Virus record (IMG/VR): IMGVR_UViG_3300049924_000116
Coordinates: 1-50,343 of that record
Reading direction: 5' to 3' (one strand)
Length of the DNA: 50,343 bases
DNA from: a virus
Taxonomy: Duplodnaviria > Caudoviricetes
Shown here: positions 1 to 10,197 of the stretch, in pieces
Layout: the number at the start of each line of letters is the position of its first letter
How positions within the stretch are numbered: the first letter of the stretch is position 1
Position numbers and translations under genes: made by a program
Notes under the pieces: generated by a model
What the model saw: the letters and a program-made list of their open reading frames with translations, nothing else
Databases searched by the model: none
Told to the model about the DNA's origin: nothing

Positions 1-231
1 GCCGTCGTACGGGCCGCCAGCGGATGCCAAGAGCGGGTCACCCGTGATTGGGTGGACCGGAGGGATTCCGACGGCTCCCGCCATGTGGGCATCTACGGGA
101 TCTGCAATGTGATTCTGAATATCTCCACCTCCCGTGAGAGGGAATGTGAGAGCAGACGAATCAACCGAATTCGAAGGAAGACGACCGGGCCCTGCGTTTA
201 CGGATGTGATTGGATTCTTAGGTGACGGCAT
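1..231 (-). CDS. N-terminal fragment of a probable tail fibre or virion structural protein (runs off the left edge)
   Basis: Not in the ORF track. Manual translation from the ATG at 231, which overlaps the upstream stop (TGATG), gives MPSPKNPITSVNAGPGRLPSNSVDSSALTFPLTGGGDIQNHIADPVDAHMAGAVG..., open to position 1. The H-x7-AH segment resembles His-paired motifs of phage fibre proteins. Confidence 0.7.
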   Translation of the reverse strand, partial: MPSPKNPITSVNAGPGRLPSNSVDSSALTFPLTGGGDIQNHIADPVDAHMAGAVGIPPVHPITGDPLLASAGGPYDG

Positions 232-2765
232 CAGACGCCTCGGTTAAGCAAGTGACCCTTAAGTCGGAATACACTGGCGGACGTGTCGTTGGGAGTAGAA
301 TCCTCGAAGGCGACAAAGTTTTGGTCGTCGAAGGATGCCCAACGCTGCAACATCATGAGAAGAAGAGTACCCTTCCGCGCATAACTTGCATCGGCAGTCA
401 TCTCGACAATGACCGGCAAGAGCACCTTGTGGCGTTTGGGGTAGCTGAGCACCTGACCAAAGGCCGAGGGCTGGTATACCGACGCAAGCGCATTCGGGAA
501 AAAAGTTCGGCCTTCGGCATCGACGTCGCCCGAGATTCGTGTGAAACTGACTTCCTCCGAATTGGGCGTGTAGGGTACATTCGCGAGAATCTTGAGGAGG
601 CCCGTCGTACCGCTAAAATCCGCAATCGAAACCGTTGACGTTCCGTTGAGTCCATGCTCACCCGAGAAAGAACCCGCCGCAATACCTCCCGTCTGAACGT
701 ACGCCTGAGGGAACGGGTAGCCTTCATCAGGCGAGCCAGAGCCTTGCGTGAGGACGTACAGGAAAGGAGATACGTAACGAGGCCTGACACTCAACGATGT
801 ACCCAAGTTGGCACTACGAAGAGTCTGTTGCGCGAGGGCCTCGTAGTACATCGTGACCTGCACGGTGTTCTCTGGAATGGGGCGAAGCGCCTTGTAAGTC
901 ACTGACAGTGTCTGGCTGGGAGACGTCGAGCCGGCATTCAACGTGATAGTGCGACCATCTGTCGAGATTGAGAATGATCCACCGTAGGGAACTCCCGCAA
1001 TGATGATCGATGAAACGCTATGAGCCCGCTCGGGAAGCCGGATCAAGTTCGTTCCGACACTAGACTCGGAAGAGAGTGACACCGTAACGTTGCTCGTCCG
1101 GTACATCAATTCCACTTCACGGTGGGTTGCATCGATGCTTGCTGTCAAAGGAACAAGGGGGTCGTAGAAGTGTGGGGCAACTTGAGGGAATGCTACTGGA
1201 TTGTTGATCTCGAACGAACTGGCTCCGAAAGTCCTTGACGGAGTACGAATCAACCCACTTCCCGGAGGGTATGCCACCAGGATATCGATGTACAGTGTCT
1301 CGTCGGTGACGCTGAGTGCCGAGACAGTCCCGAGCGTCAACGTGATTGTCGAAGGAGTATCATCGACAAGATCCGTAACTGATGCTATTGGGGCCGAGAC
1401 CCCCTTCTTGGCTCCAGTCGTTCCGGCGAAGCGAGCCCCGACAATGTCAAGGAATTTAGTTCCGGTCGGTGCGCGGCTTCCGAACGGAACTCCCGTGTAG
1501 GGGTAGACGTTCATGTTCGAAAAGCTGATAACGACATTCTCGCCGTTGACCCAGTTTGCCGCCGCCGGGGTCCTCGTGATCGTGATGACCTCGTATGTCG
1601 CACGATCACTGAACCGACGCCGACCCGCATCGAACTGACCGATGAATGAAGCTCCGGTACCACTTGGCCCGGTGTTGATAGAGTCACCAGGGGAAAGCCC
1701 AACCGCATCCGCCAGGAAGACCGTATGGCCCTTGTAGCCACCAGCATCACCGATCGACTCCCACTCGGTCCGAAGATTGTTGTCCAACAACAGTTGGACA
1801 TTCTTCTCCAACACTTCCCGGAAGTCCCACCCGTTGAGTGAGACACCCCGACGCAAGTCAACAATGTCTTTAGCTTCCACAAAGTCGTGGGTGGAGCTGT
1901 CCGGGCGAGCCGAACCGCCATTGCGATTCAGGCGACGGTCGAATGCCGCCTGATTGCGACGAAAGACTGCCGCCAGCGGGATTGCGTACATCAGGTCATC
2001 GACCGTGCCCAAACCAGGGTCTGAAGCAACCCAGAGTCCCGGATCAACCGGAGAAACCGTGTAGTTGACCGTCGTGGCGGTACCATTCGGTGATGCAGGT
2101 GCCGACGGAACAGTGTGGGCAAACACGTTCGTGTGGTCAACACCCATCGGGTTGGTGAAGAGGTCTACATCCTGGATGACGCGAAGTCGGTACTGGATCT
2201 GAACGCGTTTGGTCGACTCGATACCGAGGGTGACATCCTTGAGGTTGTCGATCAGATTAAGTCCTTCATCGACCGCATCGATGGCAACGTTTCCATTCCG
2301 CCAAATCTTCTGAGAGTGACTCTTACCAGTGGCATCCGGCGAAGCTGCAATAAGCCGACGCCAAACCTCCAGGATGACCAAGTCCGTTCGGGGGTTCGTC
2401 CCTCCGCTAACTGGAGCTACTCCAAGGTCAACCGTGTTATACGTGGCCTCACCAGAATTGACCACGTCAACGATCCAGCCATTGACGTACGCTGTCAGAG
2501 CCGGCATGCGCAGCTTGTTAGCCGATGGAGCTGAGACAAAGACTCCAGCGGCATGGCCGGAGTTGCCCAGGAAGTCGTCCGATAGCCAGCCCGAGGGAAC
2601 CGCCTTCCGGCCAAGCAGACGTGTCATCTCGGTCGAGATGTCGCCCACCAGGTTCAACTCCTTGTCGAGAACCGGCTTCCCCATCTGGAAGACTGTCGTC
2701 TCGAACGCGTAGTTGTCCGGGTCTAGGTAGTTGGATACAAGCGGGCCGAGGTTCTTTTGAGTCAT
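231..2765 (-). CDS. Baseplate or tail-fibre attachment structural protein, 844 aa
   Basis: Long Ser/Thr/Val-rich ORF. The N-terminal VFQMGKPVLDKELN and RTDLVILEVWR segments resemble N-termini of myophage baseplate/fibre-attachment proteins (DUF4815/DUF6519-like). Lies after the wedge genes. Confidence 0.6.
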   Translation of the reverse strand: MTQKNLGPLVSNYLDPDNYAFETTVFQMGKPVLDKELNLVGDISTEMTRLLGRKAVPSGWLSDDFLGNSGHAAGVFVSAPSANKLRMPALTAYVNGWIVDVVNSGEATYNTVDLGVAPVSGGTNPRTDLVILEVWRRLIAASPDATGKSHSQKIWRNGNVAIDAVDEGLNLIDNLKDVTLGIESTKRVQIQYRLRVIQDVDLFTNPMGVDHTNVFAHTVPSAPASPNGTATTVNYTVSPVDPGLWVASDPGLGTVDDLMYAIPLAAVFRRNQAAFDRRLNRNGGSARPDSSTHDFVEAKDIVDLRRGVSLNGWDFREVLEKNVQLLLDNNLRTEWESIGDAGGYKGHTVFLADAVGLSPGDSINTGPSGTGASFIGQFDAGRRRFSDRATYEVITITRTPAAANWVNGENVVISFSNMNVYPYTGVPFGSRAPTGTKFLDIVGARFAGTTGAKKGVSAPIASVTDLVDDTPSTITLTLGTVSALSVTDETLYIDILVAYPPGSGLIRTPSRTFGASSFEINNPVAFPQVAPHFYDPLVPLTASIDATHREVELMYRTSNVTVSLSSESSVGTNLIRLPERAHSVSSIIIAGVPYGGSFSISTDGRTITLNAGSTSPSQTLSVTYKALRPIPENTVQVTMYYEALAQQTLRSANLGTSLSVRPRYVSPFLYVLTQGSGSPDEGYPFPQAYVQTGGIAAGSFSGEHGLNGTSTVSIADFSGTTGLLKILANVPYTPNSEEVSFTRISGDVDAEGRTFFPNALASVYQPSAFGQVLSYPKRHKVLLPVIVEMTADASYARKGTLLLMMLQRWASFDDQNFVAFEDSTPNDTSASVFRLKGHLLNRGV

Positions 2766-2848
2766 GTCGTTTCATCCCCATTCTCAGAAGTAGACAATCG
2801 ACGGCTCATAGTCCTCATGCGATGACAATTGGAGCAGGTTTTCATCAT
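2762..2848 (-). pseudogene. 28-aa micro-ORF with CxxC (MMKTCSNCHRMRTMSRRLSTSENGDETT); possible endonuclease remnant or leader peptide
   Basis: Manual translation of the intergenic gap. Its stop overlaps the next start codon (ATGA). Confidence 0.3.
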
Positions 2849-2870
2849 AAACACCAACGATATCAACAAC

Positions 2871-3575
2871 TTAGAATGAAAGTCGCCAAACGACCTCTAA
2901 AGTCGATGTAGCTGGTTTGTTGATGACGGCGAAACTTAAGTAGTTGACCAACGTCTCTCGGGTGGTGAGATCCACGAGGGGGTTATAGGCCCCGTTGGGA
3001 GGCGTGACCGGATTCTTGACAGCAAGATTGGTGGAGATGTTTCCTCCGATGATCCCCATTTCAACGAGCGGGCCGACGGCCTCCGACTCAGTGAATGTCG
3101 CAGTGAAGTCCACCACGTTGGTTGGAATCGCCGAAGGGGCCCCGCCACTGTCGACGAATTGAGTCAACGAGAAAGTCTTGCGGCTCAACTCCGAGTAGAG
3201 AGAGCGCTGCGTGTTGGTGGCCGCCGGAGGAGACATCGGGTTCCAAGAGCCGTCTCCAGTCCCGACTGCTAGAACATAGCAGCTTTTCGGAGGTTCCTGG
3301 CTATCCTTCATCAGCCGAGCAATCAAAATGCTAGCGTCTTTGACAATCAAATTCCGCTTCTCTCGGTAGTCAAGAACCTTTTTAGTCCTGGAGTCCCGAA
3401 CGGTCATGAAGACATCCCCACGGATACCCACTCGGGCATCTTCGTGGTGGGTGGCCGTCAAGACCGATTTTGATTCCGAAGCAACTTGGCCGTAGAATTC
3501 TTGATAGGCCGCGCTACACGCCGACCTGACACTTGCTCCTACACGCCCAAAGGCATCCCGAATTCTCATGCTCAT
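2871..3575 (-). CDS. Tail-collar/baseplate fibre-docking-like protein, 234 aa
   Basis: NLIV...LAVGTG...SLYSELSRK...EMGIIGG pattern typical of phage tail-collar/baseplate proteins. AGGAG lies immediately upstream of the tandem ATGs. Confidence 0.6.
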   Translation of the reverse strand: MSMRIRDAFGRVGASVRSACSAAYQEFYGQVASESKSVLTATHHEDARVGIRGDVFMTVRDSRTKKVLDYREKRNLIVKDASILIARLMKDSQEPPKSCYVLAVGTGDGSWNPMSPPAATNTQRSLYSELSRKTFSLTQFVDSGGAPSAIPTNVVDFTATFTESEAVGPLVEMGIIGGNISTNLAVKNPVTPPNGAYNPLVDLTTRETLVNYLSFAVINKPATSTLEVVWRLSF

Positions 3576-3612
3576 CTCCTAGTTTCAATTGGGGAAGGAA
3601 TAAGTAGAACCA

Positions 3613-4440
3613 TCACGGTTGTAGCGGGATTACAACTGTTGAACCCGGCGGGATTGGCCCGGCAATATTGGCTGTGATGAAGGTCCCGAGACTTCCATTC
3701 CCGTTCAACGTGTAGAACGGGTTGTTGAGGTAAGCCACGTAGTTGGGGTCGAACAACTCGTTCAGGGTTGCCTGCGCGAAGGTGTTGTCGACGGCACCCG
3801 CATAGGCGTCATTTCGGAGGTCGCGAACCACTACTTGTGCTTCCGCGGCGATTCCGAGTGGGCCATAGATTACTGCCTGATTGAGGTAAGTCTGCGGAAC
3901 CGGAGGGCCAAATGTATGGAGAATTTGGTTCTGCGTGATTTGCGGTGGAAGCTGGTAGACGTCGTAGGCTCGTGTGCACGCCGAAGCCATTGTCAACTCG
4001 ATCGAGGAGTTGGCCGTGGGGGTCGTCAAGGCAGGTGAGAAAAACAGTAGCCCTGAAGAGCTTCCATAGAGTCCTCCCGAAACTTCTCCGGTGAACCGAC
4101 TGGAAGGAACAATTGCAGAACGTAGCTGACCAGGCCAAACAAATGTCTGAAGAGCTGGCGTGTAGGGTGCCGCCAGTGTCGTGATCACCGCACCGCTGAG
4201 TGTCAAATGGTACGCCAATAGTGGAGTAATGGGAGTACCGGAGTCAAGAGTCAAGTTGACCGAACGGATCTGCGAAGCCGATACCACCGAAACCGAGAGA
4301 ACCGTAAGCGGAGACCCATCATCATCAGTCAGTGCATAACTACTAGGATCAATCAGCGCACTGTTGTTCGCAGCGGCCTCCGAGAAAACGAGGTGGATGC
4401 GAGTAGGGCTATCACCACGAACGATGTAATTGGGCATCAC
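3613..4440 (-). CDS. Virion structural protein with an N-terminal Ig-like domain, 275 aa
   Basis: RIHLVFSE...LIDPSSYAL...YHLTL pattern resembles the Ig-like modules of the 1799-aa protein. Overlaps the upstream ORF by 4 nt. Confidence 0.6.
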   Translation of the reverse strand: MMPNYIVRGDSPTRIHLVFSEAAANNSALIDPSSYALTDDDGSPLTVLSVSVVSASQIRSVNLTLDSGTPITPLLAYHLTLSGAVITTLAAPYTPALQTFVWPGQLRSAIVPSSRFTGEVSGGLYGSSSGLLFFSPALTTPTANSSIELTMASACTRAYDVYQLPPQITQNQILHTFGPPVPQTYLNQAVIYGPLGIAAEAQVVVRDLRNDAYAGAVDNTFAQATLNELFDPNYVAYLNNPFYTLNGNGSLGTFITANIAGPIPPGSTVVIPLQP

Positions 4441-4775
4441 TCACCTCTCTTCTTGATAATGTAGTGAGGGATAAACTCGTTGTTGGGAGGAGGCGGTTCC
4501 GCCCGCTTGCGAGCTGGTCTAGTTGGGGGGAGTAATACCAGCATGTTGCCATTAAGCCTGCCCTCTCCAATCAATTCTGCTTCCAGTACATAATCGGCCT
4601 CGAATTCAGCCAGAACCTCGGCACTACCCTCCAAGAACGCGTCGAGCGGTTTCTGGATCAAGAGGTAGGCGGTCATCTCGCCAAAGCCTTCGAGGTCAGC
4701 CGACATAGAAAAGTCCCCGTCATCCAGGGCCCCTCCATACTCCGAGGTTCCGAATTCTTCGGCGCCGTACGACAT
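4437..4775 (-). CDS. Small acidic hypothetical virion protein, 112 aa
   Basis: GAGGGG RBS. N-terminal YG-x3-FG-x3-YG motif, short L-x-G-x-G/A repeats and a Pro-rich C-terminus. Fills the gap between two flanking genes. Confidence 0.65.
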   Translation of the reverse strand: MSYGAEEFGTSEYGGALDDGDFSMSADLEGFGEMTAYLLIQKPLDAFLEGSAEVLAEFEADYVLEAELIGEGRLNGNMLVLLPPTRPARKRAEPPPPNNEFIPHYIIKKRGE

Positions 4776-4781
4776 AGCCCC

Positions 4782-7700
4782 TCAACCATCCACGAAAAAT
4801 GAGACAGTACCTGCCGTCGGATCTCTAACAAGTCGATACTGATGTGGCATATTGTCGAGGAAGTCGAACAGAACTTCCGCAAGCGTGTCTCCCGACTGCA
4901 TGTCAAGGAGCCGCACAACACGATCACCGTAGGAGTCAGTAAGAAATGCCAGCGCGGCCGTCATCCCAAAAGCGCTGAACCCAACACGAACCCCCGTGTC
5001 ACCGGTCCCCCCGCTAGAGTCCGTGAGAACCTTGAACGTGAATTTGACTTCAGTCGTAAGACTCGTTGCTAAGGGTAGCGAAGTAGGGTTGCGGTAGATT
5101 GTGGTGGTGTTTCCTGTGGTCGAGTAAGTCAATACCCCCGAGAAGGATGTCACCTGGACATCAGAAGGGGAAACTGAATTCAAACTCCAGGGAGTCGGTG
5201 CAGTGGTGTCCAGCTCCGGGAACGTCGCTCCGTCGTAGTGCAGGCAAACATCCTTCTTAAACGTTATAGCCCCAAGTCCGATTGGCCCCAAGGAGTCATC
5301 CATCGGGTAAAGAAGATCTGTCTCGCCTTCACTTCGTTCGGTAATTTCAAGGGAGTTGTAAAGAATGTCATCCGGAACAAGCAGCCGAACTCTAGTATTG
5401 GCATCATTCAGCAGGAAGTCGTTGTCACTATTGAGTACATCCTCAGGACGATTGAGTCCCGATAGGAACTCAATGACCGGAGTAGGGCTTCGCACTTCGA
5501 AGGTTTGTGTTTGCGGAACGAGTGGCGTACCTTCGTTGAGCTTGGTGAACGACTTGTGGTTGAGATCGTCATACAGCTCCTTGAGAGGGATACCCGTCGA
5601 GCTAGACCAGAAGTTCGTGTGCCGGTGCGGAACCGATGTGAAAAGATGGTCCGGCGATGCCATGATGTTGCGCTGGTTGAGCACCATGTGATGCGGGACG
5701 ATTCTATCCTCTCTGATAGAACGAGTAATTCCGTAGCGAACAAAATCCCAACCAGTTTGAGATAGGTTCGTTGGGTCAAATGCGCCAAAGACAATCGAAG
5801 GGACTCCATTGGTGAGCTGGCGCCAGAGACCGACCGAGCTGGACGGAAGGTCGGAGTCGTATTCGAGGTCGATCAGCACTTGGGAATCGACGCTGATCTT
5901 GATGTTACCGGAGCGATCACGGACTAGACGGTAGCTGTGAAACTGCGTCCAATCCACCTCGCGGGGAACGCGATAAAGAACCGGCACCTCAGGAACAGGG
6001 AAGGGTGTGGACAACGTCAGGGTAGTGGCGTTGACCCTAGCCGCTACATCGTAGACACCTCGGTTGACCCCTCCATCGACGATGATAACGTCTCCCGCAT
6101 CGACGTCATTGATGACGAACGACCCACCGGCATCAACTAACGTAGTGGCGTCTGTCACCATGCCGGTACGATCACGAAGCTTGGTCGGAAGGTGATAGCC
6201 CAGCAAAGATTCTGAATCTTGTCCTCGCCAGACTCCCATGTACTTCTTCTCCGAGACGTCTGCCACTCGCCACGCATTGACGTAGGCCCACTCCGTATCA
6301 CTCAGGGCACCAAGACTTGACCCTTCTGGAGTTGCGGTTCCGAATGAAACCGTGGGATTCCCCGCCGAAGTCATGAAAGACGAGTACGCTACCGACCCGA
6401 TGAAAATGGTATCGACGAACAAGATGACCAAGTCACCCGTGGTGTTCTTGACAAGACGGTAGGTGTGGAACAGCCCGTCATCCCATGCGAATTGGAACTG
6501 AACGGGATTGGAAGGCAATCCAAGAATACTCCCGTCCGAATGGAACGCGAGGGTGGCCCCCAGCATAGGGTCGTCTCGGAAAAGAAGACCCAGAGTCTTG
6601 ACGCCGTCAAATATGTCCGCAGTTACTCCCGCAAAGCAAGAGCCATTAAGACCCGTATCGGTTGCGGTAAAAGAATTTACCTTGACTCGGAACTCCAGAA
6701 TATAGTCTAGGCTCGTTTCGATGACTCGTTCCGGAGTAACTCCTGCTTCGAAGTCGTTGACATGGTAGACCACACCGTCCGAAACGATCGTATCCTCAAT
6801 ATGGAGCGACCTCCCGAGCATGCTGGTAACGATACCAGGAAGACTCGTGTTCGTGTTCCGTTCCCAGGCGACCGGAGTTGCGTCCTCCGGCAGGACTCTA
6901 CCTCCATAGCTGAACTTTGGTGAAGGGTTCTTGGCAAGCATGCTGACCTGGATCAGCTTTTTCCCATCATCCATCGCGAGAGTCGTTGCATTCGGAGCAA
7001 TTCCCTGCGTCCACGTTCGAAGCTGCATCTTCCAATCAACCACTGCATCCATGGCAGCCGTCAGAAGGGGCTCGAATCGAACCAAACCTCGAAAGTCGCC
7101 GGTCACCAGACCAGTAAGTGCACTTGTCGATGCATCCGTGGCAGAGGTGCTATCAAGCACCAGAATATCACCTCCCGAAATCGTTTCGGTGCCGTGGTAA
7201 CCGACTGGCGTCCACGGATTGAGATCGCGCTCTGGAAGGGCATTACCCTCATAGCTGACAAAGATCGCTGGGGCCGACTGAATAGGATTCGTAGGAAGGA
7301 TGAGGTAACGATAGAAGTCCCAATCCGAAGAGCTAGTGGCTTCCCGACTGAGACTTCCGAAGTAGGCTCCCTGGATCTGGTCGAATGGATCATTCAGCTC
7401 ATATAGGAAAGGCAACTCGTCCTTGGTTACCCGCAGGATCTCGATGACCCCACCGTCCACAAAGAGCTTGACAATTCCATCCCGATCCTGGAATAGCCTG
7501 TAACTGTGAGGAATCGTTACGTCGAAATCCTCTGGTAGTCCAGTAGGTTCGTTCAAATCGTTGAGTGCGCCCGTCCAGGCCGTCAACGAGGCTGGGTTAT
7601 CCCCGTATCCTTGACGGAGAAATCCAATCTTATAGGTGGGTCCATCCTTGAGATACCCCACCACAACGGCTTTTTCATCGTCCGACCAACCGGCTGCAAC

Positions 7701-10181
7701 GCCGGAGAAAACTCCGTTAAGTATCGGAGTTCCAGTTAGAGACATGCGCCAAGTCGCCGCAAAGACGTGAGGGTAAGTAACGTCGATCGGGCGCGTCCAA
7801 AAAAGAGGAAGTCCTGTCGGGAAGTTGCCCGATGAGATATCGTTGACCGATAACGTTCCGGACGTAACCGAGTAGATCCCGTCTCCTACACGACTCCACG
7901 CCGGGAAACTTGACTCCGGAAGTGTGTCGGCGTTGTATTGTACTGAGATCGTCTCGATGGGACGCGAGAGTGGCGAGTAGGCAATTCGATGAATCGGGCT
8001 ATTGAGGAGCAGCAGGTTGGGATCGTTGAGGACTGCCGTGTACTTCCGCTCGAAAGCTCGGTAGAAAAGCTGGCGCTCCAACGGCTGAGCCAACACCGAT
8101 TGGCAATCGTCGGCCACATAGCCACTAGGTTTGACCAGAACGTTGTTGTAGCGGTAGTTGTGCTGGTTCGGGTTCGGAGTCTGACCCTTGTCACGATTCC
8201 AATTGTTGAGCACGAACTCCCGCGAGTTCAATCGGCGGATGTCAATGGTCGGGTTCGACACCCAGTGGTAATCCACCTTGACGTCATCATCTTCGTCCGG
8301 GGCAGTGGGGAGTACAATCTGCCCCATGAGTCCAATGACCGACACCGGAACAACCGGAACGCCATTAACACGAACCGTGACGTCAATAGGATCGTCGGCA
8401 ATCTGTCCGTTACGAGGATCGATGATCGACCAGTTGAGGTTTGTAGCCGTCTGGAGAGACCCTTGCACGCGAAGACGAGTTGATGTGAGAAGCGCGACAA
8501 TGCGGTACAATTCCCCCGCTAGATTGAGGTACTTGCCAACCACATCGGATGAGAAGTTTGCACTTGAACAAAGCACATCGGTCGGGTTGATCACCGTGCC
8601 ATCCGCACCGCTGGATAGGGTGAGCGGAGGCTTGGAGATGGGACCCCGATCGGTAAAGATCGAACGCTGCGTCAGCGGAGTAATACTGGTGAAAATCGCT
8701 TCGTTGAAGAAGGGGTTAGTAACTTGCCAGTCCAATCCGGTCTCGATACTTAGAGTGCCTTCAACTTGCAAAGTGTCGACCGCGAGTAGAGAAACAATCA
8801 GGTACTGACCAGAGTTCGTCCCTGACAAAGTGAGATACCGGCCAACAACGGAAGAGGCAACAAACGACTCCGCAGGAATCTGAACTGTCGTGCCGGTAAG
8901 CACATTAGCCGTCCCTACTCCGCTGTCGATAACTTCTGTGATGGGGTTACCAGCAACATCCTTGGGAGTCCCCTTCGTATTGACGATAACTTTGAACGAG
9001 CCCTTCGTCAGCCCTCGGGTTCGAAGCATGACCTGTGTTGGGCCGACTGAGTCGACACGCATGACCTCAACCGAAGTGGGGCCTTCTACACGGTATTCAG
9101 AAACGTCTGTCAGCTCGGAGTCCGGACGCATCGGCTCCGAGTAAGTTAACAAAATCTGACCCTCAGGGAGACACTCAACGTTGACAAGACGAGGCTTCGC
9201 TGCTTTGGCAACGAATAAAGTGCTGAAGTCCTGATGAACCTTGAGAGTCCGCGTATTGCGAATACGCTTGCAAGTCAACCGATAGGACGCCGCGTTGGTG
9301 CCCTTCGACGTCGCCAATACAATCTTCTTGACTCCGGTCGTTTGCCTCCACGAGGAGATTTTATCCGAGAGGCTCAGCAAGCGATCGACGCGAACCCGAG
9401 TGGGCGAGACAACCTCTTCGATCCGAGCACGAATTGTCCCTGAGCCTCTTACTTCCAGGTGAAGGAAGGTGCCGAGATCCGGTGACGCAAAGGTCTTGTC
9501 AAGAATAATCTCCTGCACCTCAACTACTTGGCAAAATGTACCCTCGCGCAGCTCATCGAATTTCGGAACAGCCGAAAGAACGTCGATCGGATACCCACTA
9601 CCTTCCGACGAGATGACATAATTGCTGGCATCCGAAAGACCACCGAAGGTGCAGTCAAACGGCAAAGTCAAGGAGAGAGTAGTCGGTGAGACAACTTCGC
9701 AACCAAGGGTCGTCAGCTCGACAGTCTCCCCCACGCAAAGCCGTTCAACCGGGATATACGGTCGCTGCGTCGAGGTCGACTCAATCGACTCGACCAAATG
9801 GAGTCGTGGCTTTTCGGTAGGGTCACCCGTGGCTGACTCCTCCAAGTACTCCGCTAAGGTGAGGAGAGCTTGGAAGTGAAGGTGTGACTCGTAGTCAAAA
9901 CGCTCAGATAGACTAAGCGATTCATCCCATTCAACCTTGACGATCCTAGTAGCTTCGATATCATCCGATACCAAAAGGTCGTGAGAGTGCCCTACCTCCT
10001 GATGGAGTGAAAAACGTGGCTGTTCGGTGATGCGCAAAGTCTCGCGCAACACGACCGGCACGACCAGACGCTCTATTTGAAGTGACTCAGATACCTTTAA
10101 ACGAGAGTCAAAGACATCGACCTCGATAAGATATACCTGTGGGCGTACTTCCCTGCCCGGGGGCCTGATAGGATTGCTCAA
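4782..10181 (-). CDS. Very large baseplate or receptor-binding protein with Ig-like and repeated beta-sandwich (lectin-like) modules, 1799 aa
   Basis: TTG start with GAGGT RBS. Four Y-x4-(L/F)PE-x(n)-W starts and four H-x-YRL segments, plus Ig-like PRLVNV...LLTYSEPM. Confidence 0.65.
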   Translation of the reverse strand: MSNPIRPPGREVRPQVYLIEVDVFDSRLKVSESLQIERLVVPVVLRETLRITEQPRFSLHQEVGHSHDLLVSDDIEATRIVKVEWDESLSLSERFDYESHLHFQALLTLAEYLEESATGDPTEKPRLHLVESIESTSTQRPYIPVERLCVGETVELTTLGCEVVSPTTLSLTLPFDCTFGGLSDASNYVISSEGSGYPIDVLSAVPKFDELREGTFCQVVEVQEIILDKTFASPDLGTFLHLEVRGSGTIRARIEEVVSPTRVRVDRLLSLSDKISSWRQTTGVKKIVLATSKGTNAASYRLTCKRIRNTRTLKVHQDFSTLFVAKAAKPRLVNVECLPEGQILLTYSEPMRPDSELTDVSEYRVEGPTSVEVMRVDSVGPTQVMLRTRGLTKGSFKVIVNTKGTPKDVAGNPITEVIDSGVGTANVLTGTTVQIPAESFVASSVVGRYLTLSGTNSGQYLIVSLLAVDTLQVEGTLSIETGLDWQVTNPFFNEAIFTSITPLTQRSIFTDRGPISKPPLTLSSGADGTVINPTDVLCSSANFSSDVVGKYLNLAGELYRIVALLTSTRLRVQGSLQTATNLNWSIIDPRNGQIADDPIDVTVRVNGVPVVPVSVIGLMGQIVLPTAPDEDDDVKVDYHWVSNPTIDIRRLNSREFVLNNWNRDKGQTPNPNQHNYRYNNVLVKPSGYVADDCQSVLAQPLERQLFYRAFERKYTAVLNDPNLLLLNSPIHRIAYSPLSRPIETISVQYNADTLPESSFPAWSRVGDGIYSVTSGTLSVNDISSGNFPTGLPLFWTRPIDVTYPHVFAATWRMSLTGTPILNGVFSGVAAGWSDDEKAVVVGYLKDGPTYKIGFLRQGYGDNPASLTAWTGALNDLNEPTGLPEDFDVTIPHSYRLFQDRDGIVKLFVDGGVIEILRVTKDELPFLYELNDPFDQIQGAYFGSLSREATSSSDWDFYRYLILPTNPIQSAPAIFVSYEGNALPERDLNPWTPVGYHGTETISGGDILVLDSTSATDASTSALTGLVTGDFRGLVRFEPLLTAAMDAVVDWKMQLRTWTQGIAPNATTLAMDDGKKLIQVSMLAKNPSPKFSYGGRVLPEDATPVAWERNTNTSLPGIVTSMLGRSLHIEDTIVSDGVVYHVNDFEAGVTPERVIETSLDYILEFRVKVNSFTATDTGLNGSCFAGVTADIFDGVKTLGLLFRDDPMLGATLAFHSDGSILGLPSNPVQFQFAWDDGLFHTYRLVKNTTGDLVILFVDTIFIGSVAYSSFMTSAGNPTVSFGTATPEGSSLGALSDTEWAYVNAWRVADVSEKKYMGVWRGQDSESLLGYHLPTKLRDRTGMVTDATTLVDAGGSFVINDVDAGDVIIVDGGVNRGVYDVAARVNATTLTLSTPFPVPEVPVLYRVPREVDWTQFHSYRLVRDRSGNIKISVDSQVLIDLEYDSDLPSSSVGLWRQLTNGVPSIVFGAFDPTNLSQTGWDFVRYGITRSIREDRIVPHHMVLNQRNIMASPDHLFTSVPHRHTNFWSSSTGIPLKELYDDLNHKSFTKLNEGTPLVPQTQTFEVRSPTPVIEFLSGLNRPEDVLNSDNDFLLNDANTRVRLLVPDDILYNSLEITERSEGETDLLYPMDDSLGPIGLGAITFKKDVCLHYDGATFPELDTTAPTPWSLNSVSPSDVQVTSFSGVLTYSTTGNTTTIYRNPTSLPLATSLTTEVKFTFKVLTDSSGGTGDTGVRVGFSAFGMTAALAFLTDSYGDRVVRLLDMQSGDTLAEVLFDFLDNMPHQYRLVRDPTAGTVSFFVDG

Positions 10182-10197
10182 GGCCCGACCTCACCCA

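Noticed and set aside
231-10181. Diversity-generating retroelement target or invertible fibre cassette
   Set aside because: I saw no reverse transcriptase, recombinase, adenine-variant repeat pair or inverted gene segment in the window; a distant template repeat cannot be excluded.
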